DNA of 46,014 nucleotides from Deltaproteobacteria bacterium. Its GTDB lineage: Bacteria > Desulfobacterota > GWC2-55-46 > DRQE01. A model generated the notes under the pieces. That model was not told the origin of the DNA, ran no database searches, and worked only from the letters and a program-made list of their open reading frames with translations. Shown piece after piece: positions 22,994 through 32,550 of this stretch (the stretch's first letter is position 1; each line of letters starts with the position of its first letter). The translations under genes and the position numbers were made by a program. The stretch is taken from positions 1-46,014 of the forward strand of contig JACRCI010000047.1 of NCBI GenBank assembly GCA_016219105.1, read 5' to 3'.

Positions 22994-23151
22994 CTTTAGA
23001 CCCCTCCGCGGTGTTTCCTCTCGCCGCCGCAATGGGCGGGCGCGCGCCAAAAAAAAGTAATGATAAATCTTATTATAACGCGGCCATTCTTTCAATACAT
23101 TTCTCCGCATAAACGGTTCCTCCGCGCAAGGCCGTGAAAAAACCTGAAAAG

Positions 23152-23291
23152 TGAACGGAATGCCCGCCGCAATCCCTCCCCTTAAGGGGAGGGTCAAGGC
23201 GGGCTATACAAACGACAACTTCCTTAACCGTCGAAGAATCTCCGCCATCTATGCCTGCCCCGTACTTGATACGGGGGCGGAGTTCTTCAAT
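23152..23291 (-). mobile_element. About 140-bp structured dispersed repeat, copy 2
   Basis: Reverse complement of 377-515 with 5 substitutions and 1 indel. Confidence 0.7.
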
Positions 23292-23319
23292 TGACGCGCC
23301 GGAGGAAAAATGGTAAAGT
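23291..23319 (+). promoter_or_regulatory. sigma70-type promoter, probably leaderless
   Basis: TTGACG, 17 bp, TGg-TAAAGT, then 6 nt to the ATG at 23326. Confidence 0.5.
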
Positions 23320-23325
23320 CCGTTC

Positions 23326-24423
23326 ATGCTCGATTCTTTCCGCATGGAAAGATTGAAGGAGATGATAAAAAAACCGTTCCCGGCCCTGGCGAGGCCCGTG
23401 GGCACAATAAGACCGTTACCCTTGAAAACAGTCCTTGCCTCTATCGCCCTCTCCGTTTTTTTCCTTCATACTCACCTCGCATGGCCGGCTGACAGGACGG
23501 TCCATACCGCCGTCATTGCCCCGGAAATGCCGGAAAACGAAATGCCCATGCCCGCGGCCATCACCCTCTCCATTGCTACTTTCGGAAAAGCAGGATATTC
23601 CACGGCCCTCAGTGGCAGGCCGGCATGGCCATCTAACGGGAACGTCCCTCCCGACATCACGCGCGGCCCAGCCAAAGGCATGGAAATAGCCCTCACGTTC
23701 GACGGAGGGTCGGAGGCGGACGACGCCGAAATGATCCTCTCCACCCTCAGGGAGAAAGGGATAAGGACAACGCTATTCCTGACCGGGAGTTTCATGGAAA
23801 AATACCCGTGGCTCGTGAAAAGGATGGTGGAGGACGGACACGAGATAGGCAACCACACGATGAACCACCCACACCTTACGGACTACGAAAGAAGCTACCG
23901 CCAGACGACGAGCCACGGGGTTACGAAGGAGTTCCTCCAGACGGAACTGAGGGAGACCTCGCGGATTTTCACCTCTATAACCGGAGGCAGGATGGCGGGT
24001 ATGTGGCGGGCGCCTTACGGAGAAATAAACGATGAGATACGGCAGTGGGCGTTTGAAGAAGGCTACATGCACGTCGGCTGGACGTCCGACTATAAAAGGA
24101 GGGAAAGCCTCGACACCCTCGACTGGGTTTGCGACAGCTCCTCAAAACATTACCTCACCTCCGGAGAGATAAAAGACAGGATACTCAACTTCGGCATGGA
24201 CAAAGGGGGCCTCGGGGGCGGCATAATCCTCATGCACCTCGGGACCGAACGCGCGGGAGACAGGGTATCGGGAAAACTCGGCGAGATAATAGACGCGCTC
24301 AGGGAGAGGGGCTACGGTTTCGTTAAGGTATCAGCGCTCATAAAAGGGGATGAAAGGCTTAAACCCTTTATGGCCGGGGTAATAGCGCTGAGCGGAAAAG
24401 TTCCTGGAAAGGCCGCGCAATGA
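23326..24423 (+). CDS. Polysaccharide deacetylase (NodB/CE4) family, membrane-anchored or secreted
   Basis: IALTFDGG, TLFLTG, GHEIGNHTMNHP, WRAPYGE and GGIILMH motifs. Confidence 0.85.
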   Translation: MLDSFRMERLKEMIKKPFPALARPVGTIRPLPLKTVLASIALSVFFLHTHLAWPADRTVHTAVIAPEMPENEMPMPAAITLSIATFGKAGYSTALSGRPAWPSNGNVPPDITRGPAKGMEIALTFDGGSEADDAEMILSTLREKGIRTTLFLTGSFMEKYPWLVKRMVEDGHEIGNHTMNHPHLTDYERSYRQTTSHGVTKEFLQTELRETSRIFTSITGGRMAGMWRAPYGEINDEIRQWAFEEGYMHVGWTSDYKRRESLDTLDWVCDSSSKHYLTSGEIKDRILNFGMDKGGLGGGIILMHLGTERAGDRVSGKLGEIIDALRERGYGFVKVSALIKGDERLKPFMAGVIALSGKVPGKAAQ

Positions 24424-24432
24424 ACGGTCAGA

Positions 24433-24453
24433 CCATCCAGCCGGCCATGCCGG
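24433..24453 (-). repeat. 21-nt hairpin+tail repeat between convergent genes
   Basis: Minus strand reads CCGGC-ATG-GCCGG-CTGGATGG. Confidence 0.75.
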
Positions 24454-24456
24454 AGA

Positions 24457-25503
24457 CTAACCCCTCGTTCTGAAAAGCTCCCCCTTCTCCCCCCTTGAGA
24501 AAAGCAGCAGCACCATCCCCGCCGTCAGCACGAAAGAGCCCGCTATTATGAACCATATGCCCGGGTCTTTGTTTATCGTAAAAACCGCGTAAGGTGAAAC
24601 GATATGGTTAACGAGGGTTATGGTCTTGCCGCCTATACTTACGCCGCCTCCGGGCCGCGAAACATCGAGAAACCCGCTTTCGTTGTCATCAATCGAGGTT
24701 ATCTCCTGATACGGGTTACGGTACTGGCCGGAGCGCGAATAGGGTCTGCCTTCCACGTCAAAGGCCATGTCGGGGTACAGCGCGCCGAGCGAATACCGTT
24801 TCCCGTCAGCGGTTACGAAGCCTTTGCCGAAGCCGGCCTCTTTCCTTTCGCCGGATGCATCGAGGAGAAATCCCGTAACAGAGCGGCCGTGGTCAACGTA
24901 ATAAAAGGCCATACCGCGGTATATAAGGGGGCTGTTCGGGCGTATCCCGCCTTTTTTTACCTCGGTGCCGCCCTTTAAAAGGGTAACGGCCGAGGAAAGG
25001 CTCTCCACCTCTCCCGCGTCGTCGAACCTTACGTCAACGCCGTCGAGGCGCATGGACAGGCCTTCCGCGTGGGGCACGGCGAGGGCCTCCCCCTTTACGA
25101 CGAGGTTGCCGTAGGACCTGAAGCCGTAGAGGCTGCCGGCGAGGTGTCCGAGAAGCGCTATCAGAAACCCCACGTGCACGGCCTGCGGCAGGAAGGACCT
25201 GAAAGGGCTTTTCTTCCTTATTATGAGGTAAAGCCTGTCCGCCGTGCATACCGCGGTATTCACGGCAAAAAGTGCGATGAGGAAGACGAAGATGAATATC
25301 CAGAGGGTCTTGCCGGGATGCTCCGTCCCGGAGGTAAAGAGCCACGGCAGGAGGATTTCTCTGTCGAGGGCGTCAAAAAAAGCGCGGTTACGCAGAACAA
25401 CCATTGAACCAACGGCCGCGTCAATGCACACGAGCGCGGCAAGCACTATCGTAAGCGTGGTGGAGGCGAAGAAATTCCATACGCGCTTGAAGAAACCCGT
25501 CAT
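24457..25503 (-). CDS. ResB/Ccs1-like cytochrome c biogenesis protein
   Basis: WNFFAS N-terminus, TM helices with the conserved H (VHVGFLI), NSPL.YRG..FY and C-terminal DPGIW..GS TM. Confidence 0.75.
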   Translation of the reverse strand: MTGFFKRVWNFFASTTLTIVLAALVCIDAAVGSMVVLRNRAFFDALDREILLPWLFTSGTEHPGKTLWIFIFVFLIALFAVNTAVCTADRLYLIIRKKSPFRSFLPQAVHVGFLIALLGHLAGSLYGFRSYGNLVVKGEALAVPHAEGLSMRLDGVDVRFDDAGEVESLSSAVTLLKGGTEVKKGGIRPNSPLIYRGMAFYYVDHGRSVTGFLLDASGERKEAGFGKGFVTADGKRYSLGALYPDMAFDVEGRPYSRSGQYRNPYQEITSIDDNESGFLDVSRPGGGVSIGGKTITLVNHIVSPYAVFTINKDPGIWFIIAGSFVLTAGMVLLLFSRGEKGELFRTRG

Positions 25504-25767
25504 AAATGTTTTTTACCACAACCTCCCAGGGCTGTCAACGGAAGTGGCCGGCTGGTGGGCCTCTATCGCGGCACATGCGCGCCGCACGAATGAACCTCCC
25601 CGGCGCCCGGCTGCGGGTATCATGGAATATCGTTCCAAACAATCCGAAGTAAGCTTCGAGGAATCAAACCCGCATCGCGTGACAAAACACAGGGCTTACC
25701 TTGACTTTTCTCATGGTTTTGTTAAACTTTGAACGACCAAATACGCGAACAACCGGGAATAATCGCT

Positions 25768-26238
25768 ATGGAGACACCTGTAGAAACCAACGAACAGAAA
25801 AAGACCACAATCGAGAACCGCGTCATCGGCTGGTTCGGCCGGCTCTTCAGCTACCTCGACGATATCATCCTCATCATCGTAAGCCTCGGCATAATAGCCG
25901 TCGCGATAATCGTGATGTCGGAGGCCTTCTTCGACATATTCACGATCAGGGCGTATTCGGTCACCCACATAATCAGCGACCTGATGTTCGTGCTCATAAT
26001 CATGGAGCTCTTCAGGCAGGTCATGCGCCAGTTCCTGCGCCATCAGTTCTCGCTGAACCCCTTCCTCTTCATAGGCGTCATAGCGAGCATAAGGGGCATG
26101 CTGATAATGCAGATGGGCCTGGCCATGGGCGAGGTTGAATGGACGCGCGGGGTCATACAGGCCGGGGTATACGCCGTCATCGTATTGATCCTCGTTGTCT
26201 GCTACTACTTCACATCCAAGACCGAAAGGGCGCGATAG
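25768..26238 (+). CDS. PsiE-family (phosphate-starvation-inducible) membrane protein
   Basis: Four TM helices; DLMFVLIIMELF and PFLFIGVIASIRGML motifs. Confidence 0.8.
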   Translation: METPVETNEQKKTTIENRVIGWFGRLFSYLDDIILIIVSLGIIAVAIIVMSEAFFDIFTIRAYSVTHIISDLMFVLIIMELFRQVMRQFLRHQFSLNPFLFIGVIASIRGMLIMQMGLAMGEVEWTRGVIQAGVYAVIVLILVVCYYFTSKTERAR

Positions 26239-26393
26239 CATCGGCCCTTAAAACACCGGCCATGACCCTCCGTAAATCCCCCTCAGCCTTGACAAACCAG
26301 GCCCGGCGCCTATATTCGCATCATAATCAAAGACCCGATAAAGGTCTTTGGCCGCCTGAAAGCCGGGCAATCTCAGTGAAAGGCGCTGTCTTT

Positions 26394-27398
26394 ATGAGTT
26401 GCGGACCAAAGAAAATATCATCCCTCTTTCTCTCGGCCGCGCTTGTTTTTTTGCTCGCCGCGCCTGCCGGGTCGTATGCGGCCGCGGCAATATCCGCTTA
26501 CAGAGGTATCTTCAAACCCTTCAACTTAAGCGACGGCAAATTCAGGATAGCCATACGGCAATTCAACCGCAAGGGGAAACAGGAACTGCTTACGGTGGAC
26601 CCCTCCACGTTCGAGACCTTTGTTGAGGACGCCTCGGGCGTTGATTTTTCAAAGGCCGGTCAACCGGCGAGGCCGGCTGGTGGGCCGTCGAGGACGGCTG
26701 GCGGATATGAAAAAACCCTCAACGCCTCCCCTTTCATAAAGGCCCTCACGAGATACTCCGCCCCGCCCGTAAGGCTTCAGAACCACGGAATAACAAAGGC
26801 GGAAAACACGCGGGGAGGCGTTTTCCTCACCGTTGACCTGTGCCCGTCCAAAAGGCCGTTCGATAGGGACATGTTCCTGGCCGCAATTGAATTTTCAGGC
26901 GATAAAATCCCAGCTCCAATGGCCATTGCAATAACCGGGGCGTGGATAAAGACGCATAAAGGGGAACTTACCTGGATTTTGGAGCAGGTCAAGGCAAGGA
27001 AACTTGACGTTACGTGGATTAACCACAGCTATTCCCATCCCTATTCTGGCAAGGGAAAACCCCTGACTGAGGATTTCCTCCTGACCAGGGGGGTTGACTT
27101 TGAAAAAGAGGTTCTGGACAACGAATCCCTGATGCTTGATTCCGGCATAACCCCCTCGCCTTTTTTCCGCTTCCCGGGCCTTGCCTCGGACGGACGGACG
27201 ATGAAAAAACTCAAGGAACTGTCGCTTATCCCGGTTGGCGCGGACGCGTGGCTTGCGAAGGGGGAAACGCCCTCGGACGGGAGCATCATACTCGTGCACG
27301 GCAACGGCAACGAGCCGCGTGGCATAGAGAAACTTCTGGAGTTTTACAAAAGGGAGAAGGGGAGGCTTGAATTACTGCCGGTCAAAGACGCGTTTTGA
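26394..27398 (+). CDS. Secreted divergent polysaccharide deacetylase-like protein
   Basis: Signal peptide; LTVDLCPS, WINHSYSHPY, FFRFPGL and IILVHGNGNE motifs. Confidence 0.75.
   Translation: MSCGPKKISSLFLSAALVFLLAAPAGSYAAAAISAYRGIFKPFNLSDGKFRIAIRQFNRKGKQELLTVDPSTFETFVEDASGVDFSKAGQPARPAGGPSRTAGGYEKTLNASPFIKALTRYSAPPVRLQNHGITKAENTRGGVFLTVDLCPSKRPFDRDMFLAAIEFSGDKIPAPMAIAITGAWIKTHKGELTWILEQVKARKLDVTWINHSYSHPYSGKGKPLTEDFLLTRGVDFEKEVLDNESLMLDSGITPSPFFRFPGLASDGRTMKKLKELSLIPVGADAWLAKGETPSDGSIILVHGNGNEPRGIEKLLEFYKREKGRLELLPVKDAF
26664..26705 (+). repeat. Two tandem 21-nt hairpin+tail repeats in frame within the CDS
   Basis: CCGGCGAGGCCGGCTGGTGGG + CCGTCGAGGACGGCTGGCGGA, encoding PARPAGG-PSRTAGG. 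Confidence 0.85.
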
Positions 27399-27412
27399 AC
27401 CTTGTGTTTTAG

Positions 27413-28807
27413 TTATCCCCCGACCTCCCCTCCGACCGTTATCTCCGGTATCCTCAACGTCGGCTGCGCGTCGGCAACTGGCACGCCCTGCCCGTCCTTT
27501 CCGCATGTGCCTACGGCGAAGCCGAGGTCGGAGCCGACCATGTCTATGGTCATAAGCACCTGCGGCCCGTTGCCCGTGAGGGTCGCGCCCCTTACCGGCT
27601 CGCCGACCCTGCCCTTTTCTATCAGATAACCCTCGCTCACCTCGAAGACAAAATCGCCGTTTACCGTATTGACCTGCCCCCCGCCCATCCTCCTTACGAA
27701 AAGCCCTTTTTCGAGAGAGGCCATAATGTCTCCCGGGGAGTGCCGGCCGGGCGCTATCATTGTATTGGTCATGCGCGGTATGGGACGGTGGTGATAGGAC
27801 TCCCTCCTTCCGTTGCCCGTGGATTTCACGCCGTCCTTCATGGCGGTTATCCTGTCGTACATGTAACTTTTCAGAACGCCGTCCTCCACGAGCACTGTCT
27901 TCTGCGTCGGGGTGCCCTCGCCGTCATAGAAACCCGACCCGCGCTTAAACGGGATTCGGCCGTCGGCTATGACGGTTATAACCGCGGACGCGACAACCGC
28001 GCCTAATTTTCCGGAATAGACCGAAAGCCTTTCCTGCGCCAGGTCGGCTTCCAGCCCGTGGCCGACGGCCTCGTGTATCATGGTCCCGCCGGCCTCGCTC
28101 GACAGCACAACGCCCATCCGCCCGCCCGGCGCCTTGCGGGCCCCGAGCATCATGACGGCCCTCGCCGCCGCCTTCTCGGCCACGGCCTCAACGGGCGTCA
28201 AGTCGAATATCTCAAGCCCCATCGCCCCGCCCATTGGTTCGTAACCCGTCTGGATGACGCCGTTTTCCTCGGCTACGACCTGACAGAGGTAAAGGATGGA
28301 CGTCCTATTTTCCTCCACCCACTCGCCGAGGGAATTAACCACGGCCGTTTTTTTAAGCCCGTCTCCGTATACGACCCTTACCTGCCGTATCCTCCTGTCA
28401 AGCGCCCTGGCCGAGGCGTTGCCCCTTGTAACGAGCTCTATCTTTTTTGACAGGTCCACCCCGCCAGGGGGAACCTTTATATCAAACCCCGGAGAGAAGG
28501 CCCTGTTCTTGAGGGCTATGTCCTTTTGGGACTCGCCCTCCCTGACGGCCGCTGCCACAACGTCCGCGACTTCACTGAGGCCGCCTTCGGTCAAGTCGTT
28601 CGTGTAGGCGTAGAAGGTCTTGAACCCGGCAATCACCCGTATCCCGGCCCCCCTGTCCCTGCCTGATACGACCTTCTCGACCCTGTCCTCCTCGGAGCTT
28701 ATCGAGGTAGAGAGGGTATCTTCAACGTAGACGTCGGAAAAATCGCCGCCGTTTTTGAGCGCCCTTTTTATTATTTTAAACGGGTCAAACCCTTCTAAAA
28801 GTCCCAT
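27413..28807 (-). CDS. tldD: TldD metalloprotease
   Basis: HEAVGHGLEAD (HExxxH), GNGRRESY, PRMTNT and GTCGKDGQGVPV motifs. Confidence 0.93.
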   Translation of the reverse strand: MGLLEGFDPFKIIKRALKNGGDFSDVYVEDTLSTSISSEEDRVEKVVSGRDRGAGIRVIAGFKTFYAYTNDLTEGGLSEVADVVAAAVREGESQKDIALKNRAFSPGFDIKVPPGGVDLSKKIELVTRGNASARALDRRIRQVRVVYGDGLKKTAVVNSLGEWVEENRTSILYLCQVVAEENGVIQTGYEPMGGAMGLEIFDLTPVEAVAEKAAARAVMMLGARKAPGGRMGVVLSSEAGGTMIHEAVGHGLEADLAQERLSVYSGKLGAVVASAVITVIADGRIPFKRGSGFYDGEGTPTQKTVLVEDGVLKSYMYDRITAMKDGVKSTGNGRRESYHHRPIPRMTNTMIAPGRHSPGDIMASLEKGLFVRRMGGGQVNTVNGDFVFEVSEGYLIEKGRVGEPVRGATLTGNGPQVLMTIDMVGSDLGFAVGTCGKDGQGVPVADAQPTLRIPEITVGGEVGG

Positions 28808-28830
28808 TGCGCGCCTCCGTAAACTAAAAG

Positions 28831-28859
28831 AGTATAACAGCGGCGGAAGGCCGCGTCAA
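28831..28859 (-). promoter_or_regulatory. sigma70-type promoter for tldD
   Basis: Minus strand TTGACG, 17 bp, TGt-TATACT. Confidence 0.65.
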
Positions 28860-28947
28860 GAGAGAGGGGCCGGCGTGGCCGGGTGGTAGCCCGGCGCTTT
28901 CCATATCCATATTGCCATTACACTCCTATCTGTTGTAATATCTATCC

Positions 28948-30261
28948 ATGGAGCTTTTTAAAAAGATACCGGCGTGGCCGGCTGGTGGGCATGGAAGGAA
29001 CCCGCATAGGGCCAAGGCATCCCCCCTGTCCCCTTTAGCCGACAGGATGAGGCCCGCGGACCTCGGGGAATTTTTCGGGCAGGGGCACCTCGTTTCAGAG
29101 GGAAAATTCCTGAGGAGGGCCATAGAAAAAGGAGAGGTCCCCTCCATCATCCTGTGGGGCCCTCCGGGATGCGGCAAAACCACCCTTGCCCGCATCATCG
29201 CCGAGAGCTCTGGCTCGGACTTCACGGCGTTCTCGGCGGTCATGTCCGGGGTAAAGGAGATACGGGAGGTAATAAAACTCGCGTGGCGGAACCTGGGCCT
29301 CGGCAAAAAGACGGTCCTCTTCGTGGACGAAATCCACCGCTTCAACAGGGCTCAGCAGGACGCCTTCCTCCACCACGTCGAGGACGGCACCTTGACGCTC
29401 ATCGGCGCGACGACCGAAAACCCCTCTTTCGAGGTAAACGCCCCGCTCCTTTCAAGGTGCAAGGTCTTTGTCCTGAACGCGCTCGCATCCGAGGACATAA
29501 AGACGCTCGTGGAGAGGGCATTGAAGGACACGGAGCGCGGCCTGGGCAGGCTCAACGCAAAGGCGGACCAGGATGCCCTTGAGTTTATCGCCGGGTTTTC
29601 CCACGGGGACGCAAGAGAGGCCCTCAATACGCTCGAAAATTCCTGCATGATGGCCCCGGCGGACGCGGGCGGCGCGAGGGTCATAACCGTTGACATCGTA
29701 AAAGAGGCGATGCAGAAAAAGGCCCTCCTCTACGATAAGGGCGGGGAGGAACACTATAACGTCATATCGGCGTTCATAAAAAGCATGAGGGGTTCGGACC
29801 CCGACGCGGCCCTCTACTGGCTCGCGCGCATGGTCGAGGCAGGCGAGGACCCGCTCTTCATAGCGAGACGCATGGTGATATTCTCATCCGAGGACATAGG
29901 GAACGCGGACCCCGCGGCCCTCTCGGTCGCCGTCGCGGTAAAGGAGGCCGTTCATTTCGTGGGCATGCCCGAGGGCTTTATCCCCCTGGCGCAGGGTGCT
30001 GCGTATCTGGCGACGGCCCCCAAATCCAACGCGTCATACGCGGCGTATCTCAGGGCAAAGGAGGACGTCGTCGGGAAAGGGGCGCTCCCCGTTCCGCTCC
30101 ACCTGAGGAACGCGCCGACCAGGCTGATGAAGGACCTCGGCTACGGAAAAGACTACAAATACCCGCACAACTACGAGGGCTCGAAGGTGGACGAGGCCTA
30201 CCTGCCCGCTGAGCTCAAGGGAAAAAAATACTACACGCCGCCGGAGGGAAAAAAACAATGA
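28948..30261 (+). CDS. rarA: Replication-associated recombination protein A (RarA/MgsA)
   Basis: PLADRMRP, GPPGCGKTT, DEIHRFN, GATTENPSF, SAFIKSMRGSD and SEDIGNADP motifs. Confidence 0.95.
   Translation: MELFKKIPAWPAGGHGRNPHRAKASPLSPLADRMRPADLGEFFGQGHLVSEGKFLRRAIEKGEVPSIILWGPPGCGKTTLARIIAESSGSDFTAFSAVMSGVKEIREVIKLAWRNLGLGKKTVLFVDEIHRFNRAQQDAFLHHVEDGTLTLIGATTENPSFEVNAPLLSRCKVFVLNALASEDIKTLVERALKDTERGLGRLNAKADQDALEFIAGFSHGDAREALNTLENSCMMAPADAGGARVITVDIVKEAMQKKALLYDKGGEEHYNVISAFIKSMRGSDPDAALYWLARMVEAGEDPLFIARRMVIFSSEDIGNADPAALSVAVAVKEAVHFVGMPEGFIPLAQGAAYLATAPKSNASYAAYLRAKEDVVGKGALPVPLHLRNAPTRLMKDLGYGKDYKYPHNYEGSKVDEAYLPAELKGKKYYTPPEGKKQ
28969..28989 (+). repeat. 21-nt hairpin+tail repeat in the rarA N-terminus; a further copy at 28870-28890
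   Basis: CCGGC-GTG-GCCGG-CTGGTGGG, encoding PAWPAGG. Confidence 0.8.
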
Positions 30262-30797
30262 AAAGGTTCGCCCTTACCGCGATAGGCGCCGACACGCCCG
30301 GCATAGTGGCCGGCATCACCAGTGTCCTCTTTGAATACGGCTGCAACATCGAGGACTCGAGCATGACGAGGCTCGAGGAGGAGTTCTCGGTCATCCTGAT
30401 AATGACAACGGCCGATGACATTAAAACGGCGGAGCTTGAGAAGGAAATCAAGGAGATGGAGAGGGGCATGGGCCTTGAAATCCACTTCAAGGAAATTGGA
30501 GAAAAACCGCTCCGGAAAGAACGCGCTTCAACGCACATGGTCACCGTATCGGGCTATGACAGGCCGGGGATAGTCTATAAGACGGCCGACCTTTTGGCCG
30601 GATGCGGCATAAACATAACCGACCTCACGACAAGGATGCTTCACGGCCACGGGAGGAGCATCTACATAATGCTCATGGAGGTTTCCCTGCCAAAAACGCT
30701 CGACGGCGCGGCAGTGGCGGCGTCGCTTAAAACCCTCGGCGACGGCATGGGCGTAAAAATAGAGATGAAACCGATAGAGACGCACGAGGCGCTCTGA
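30258..30797 (+). CDS. Tandem ACT-domain protein (GcvR-like)
   Basis: IGADTPGIVA...CNIEDSSM and GYDRPGIV...INITDL. Confidence 0.85.
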   Translation: MKRFALTAIGADTPGIVAGITSVLFEYGCNIEDSSMTRLEEEFSVILIMTTADDIKTAELEKEIKEMERGMGLEIHFKEIGEKPLRKERASTHMVTVSGYDRPGIVYKTADLLAGCGINITDLTTRMLHGHGRSIYIMLMEVSLPKTLDGAAVAASLKTLGDGMGVKIEMKPIETHEAL

Positions 30798-30833
30798 GGC
30801 CGCGGACCACGTCCCTCAATCCGTCAAATCAAT

Positions 30834-31322
30834 ATGCCGGCATTAAAAATCCTCCAGTACCCGGACCCCGTTCTCAAGGAAAAATCTTTAGAGGTAACGG
30901 CCGTATCCGAGGGGCTTAAAGACCTTATCCGCGACCTCGTGGACACGCTCCGCTCAGGCCCTGGCGTGGGTCTTGCGGCGCCCCAGGTCGGGATACTGAA
31001 ACGGATAATCGTCGTTGACGTAACGTCCAGGGCCGCGGGGGGTGGGCTCATCATACTTATAAACCCGGTGATTACGGCGTCAAAAGGCTCAAAGACCGTA
31101 AGGGAGGGGTGCCTCTCCATTCCAGAATACACGGCTGACGTAAAAAGGGCGGAAGATGTTATCGTGGAGGGGCTGGACGAAGAGGGCGGGGCAGTTAAAA
31201 TCGCCTCGACCGGACTCGAGGCGATAGCGCTCCAGCACGAGATAGACCACCTCGACGGCGTCCTGTTCATAGACAGGATAGAGGGCGTAAAGGGGCTTTT
31301 TAAAAGAAAGATAAGATTGTAG
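30834..31322 (+). CDS. def: Peptide deformylase
   Basis: GVGLAAPQVG, EGCLS and QHEIDHLDG motifs. Confidence 0.96.
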   Translation: MPALKILQYPDPVLKEKSLEVTAVSEGLKDLIRDLVDTLRSGPGVGLAAPQVGILKRIIVVDVTSRAAGGGLIILINPVITASKGSKTVREGCLSIPEYTADVKRAEDVIVEGLDEEGGAVKIASTGLEAIALQHEIDHLDGVLFIDRIEGVKGLFKRKIRL

Positions 31323-31418
31323 CAGTTTGCGGAAAAACTCGTTCAGCAGCCTGCTAAATCGTAACACTGGATAACCTATCAGAAGCAATAATAGTGGTCA
31401 ATTTAAAAATCCGCCTTT

Positions 31419-31451
31419 ATTGTCAACCTTTGAAAATAACAGGTTGACAAT
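31419..31451. promoter_or_regulatory. BirA biotin-repressor operator overlapping the bioB -35
   Basis: ATTGTCAACCT...AGGTTGACAAT, i.e. TGTCAAC-N15-GTTGACA, matching the BirA consensus TGTtAAC-N14/16-GTTaACA directly upstream of bioB. The right half contains TTGACA. Confidence 0.88.
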
Positions 31452-31480
31452 GTCCGCCTTCCATGTTATTGAGAAATACC

Positions 31481-32470
31481 ATGAACGACATCTCAAAAGC
31501 GCTTAAAAAAGCTGAGGAAAAGGCCCTAAGCGGCATCGGCCTATGTCATGAGGACGCGCTCCGGTTCAGCGATATCCCCGAAGACCGGATATTCGAGATA
31601 TTACCCTATTCGGACAGGATACGGCGCCGCTTCAAGGGGGTGGAGGTAAACCTGTGCTCGATAGTCAACGCAAAGAGCGGCCTGTGCAGGGAGGACTGCT
31701 CGTTCTGCGGCCAGTCAATAAAATACTCAACCGGCATAAACGCCTACCCCATGATAGAGGCAGAGGAAATAGTGTCCAGCGCGCTACGGGCGGAAAAATC
31801 CGGGGCAAGGGAATTTTCGATAGTGACGAGCGGGACAAAGATAGAAAAGAAGAGCGACGTCTCAACGCTTAAAAAGGCCATTTCAGGGATAAAGGAGACC
31901 GGCCGCCTTGAGACCTGCGCATCCCTCGGCATAATGAAAAGGGAAACGCTTGAAGAGCTTAAAGACGCGGGGCTTGAGAGCTACCACCATAACCTCGAAA
32001 CGTCCCGGAGTTTTTTTCCGAACGTCTGCACCACGCACGGCTACGACGAGGACGTTGCCACGGTCAGGGCCGCCGGGGAACTCGGCCTTCACGTCTGCTC
32101 CGGCGGCATATTCGGCCTCGGCGAGGGATGGAAAGACCGGGTCGAGCTTGCCGGAACGCTGAGGGACCTCGACGTGGATTCCGTCCCCATAAACTTCTTA
32201 AACCCGCGGCCAGGCACGCCGCTTGAAAACGCGAGGAACTTGACGCCCCTGGAGTGCCTCAAGATAATAGCGCTTTTCAGGTTCATGCTGCCGTCCAAGG
32301 ACATAATAGTCTGCGGCGGAAGGGATGTGAATCTGCGCGATATGCAGTCGCTCATATTCGCCGCAGGAGCAAACGGCATGATGGTGGGGGATTACCTTAC
32401 GACAAAGGGGAGGCCCCCGGCGGACGACTTGAGGATGCTCGAAGACCTCGGACTTAAACCTAAGGCATGA
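31481..32470 (+). CDS. bioB: Biotin synthase
   Basis: NAKSGLCREDCSFCGQS, YHHNLETS, CSGGIFGLGE, SVPINFL and GDYLTT; alternative start at 31463. Confidence 0.96.
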   Translation: MNDISKALKKAEEKALSGIGLCHEDALRFSDIPEDRIFEILPYSDRIRRRFKGVEVNLCSIVNAKSGLCREDCSFCGQSIKYSTGINAYPMIEAEEIVSSALRAEKSGAREFSIVTSGTKIEKKSDVSTLKKAISGIKETGRLETCASLGIMKRETLEELKDAGLESYHHNLETSRSFFPNVCTTHGYDEDVATVRAAGELGLHVCSGGIFGLGEGWKDRVELAGTLRDLDVDSVPINFLNPRPGTPLENARNLTPLECLKIIALFRFMLPSKDIIVCGGRDVNLRDMQSLIFAAGANGMMVGDYLTTKGRPPADDLRMLEDLGLKPKA

Positions 32471-32478
32471 CCTTACTC

Positions 32479-32539
32479 TGTCACCCTGAACCTTGTTTCA
32501 GGGTCTCTATTTGGATCCTGAAATGAATTCAGGATGACA
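32479..32539. repeat. REP doublet (REPIN-like palindrome) between bioB and bioF
   Basis: TGTCACCCTGAACCTTGTTTCAGGGTC and GATCCTGAAATGAATTCAGGATGACA: two hairpins in inverted orientation. Confidence 0.75.
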
Positions 32540-32550
32540 AAAAGTCTGAC

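Noticed and set aside
26320-26390. Hairpin CAAAGACC...GGTCTTTG upstream of the deacetylase as a riboswitch
   Set aside because: No recognisable riboswitch consensus (c-di-GMP, SAM, etc.); a single stem is insufficient evidence.
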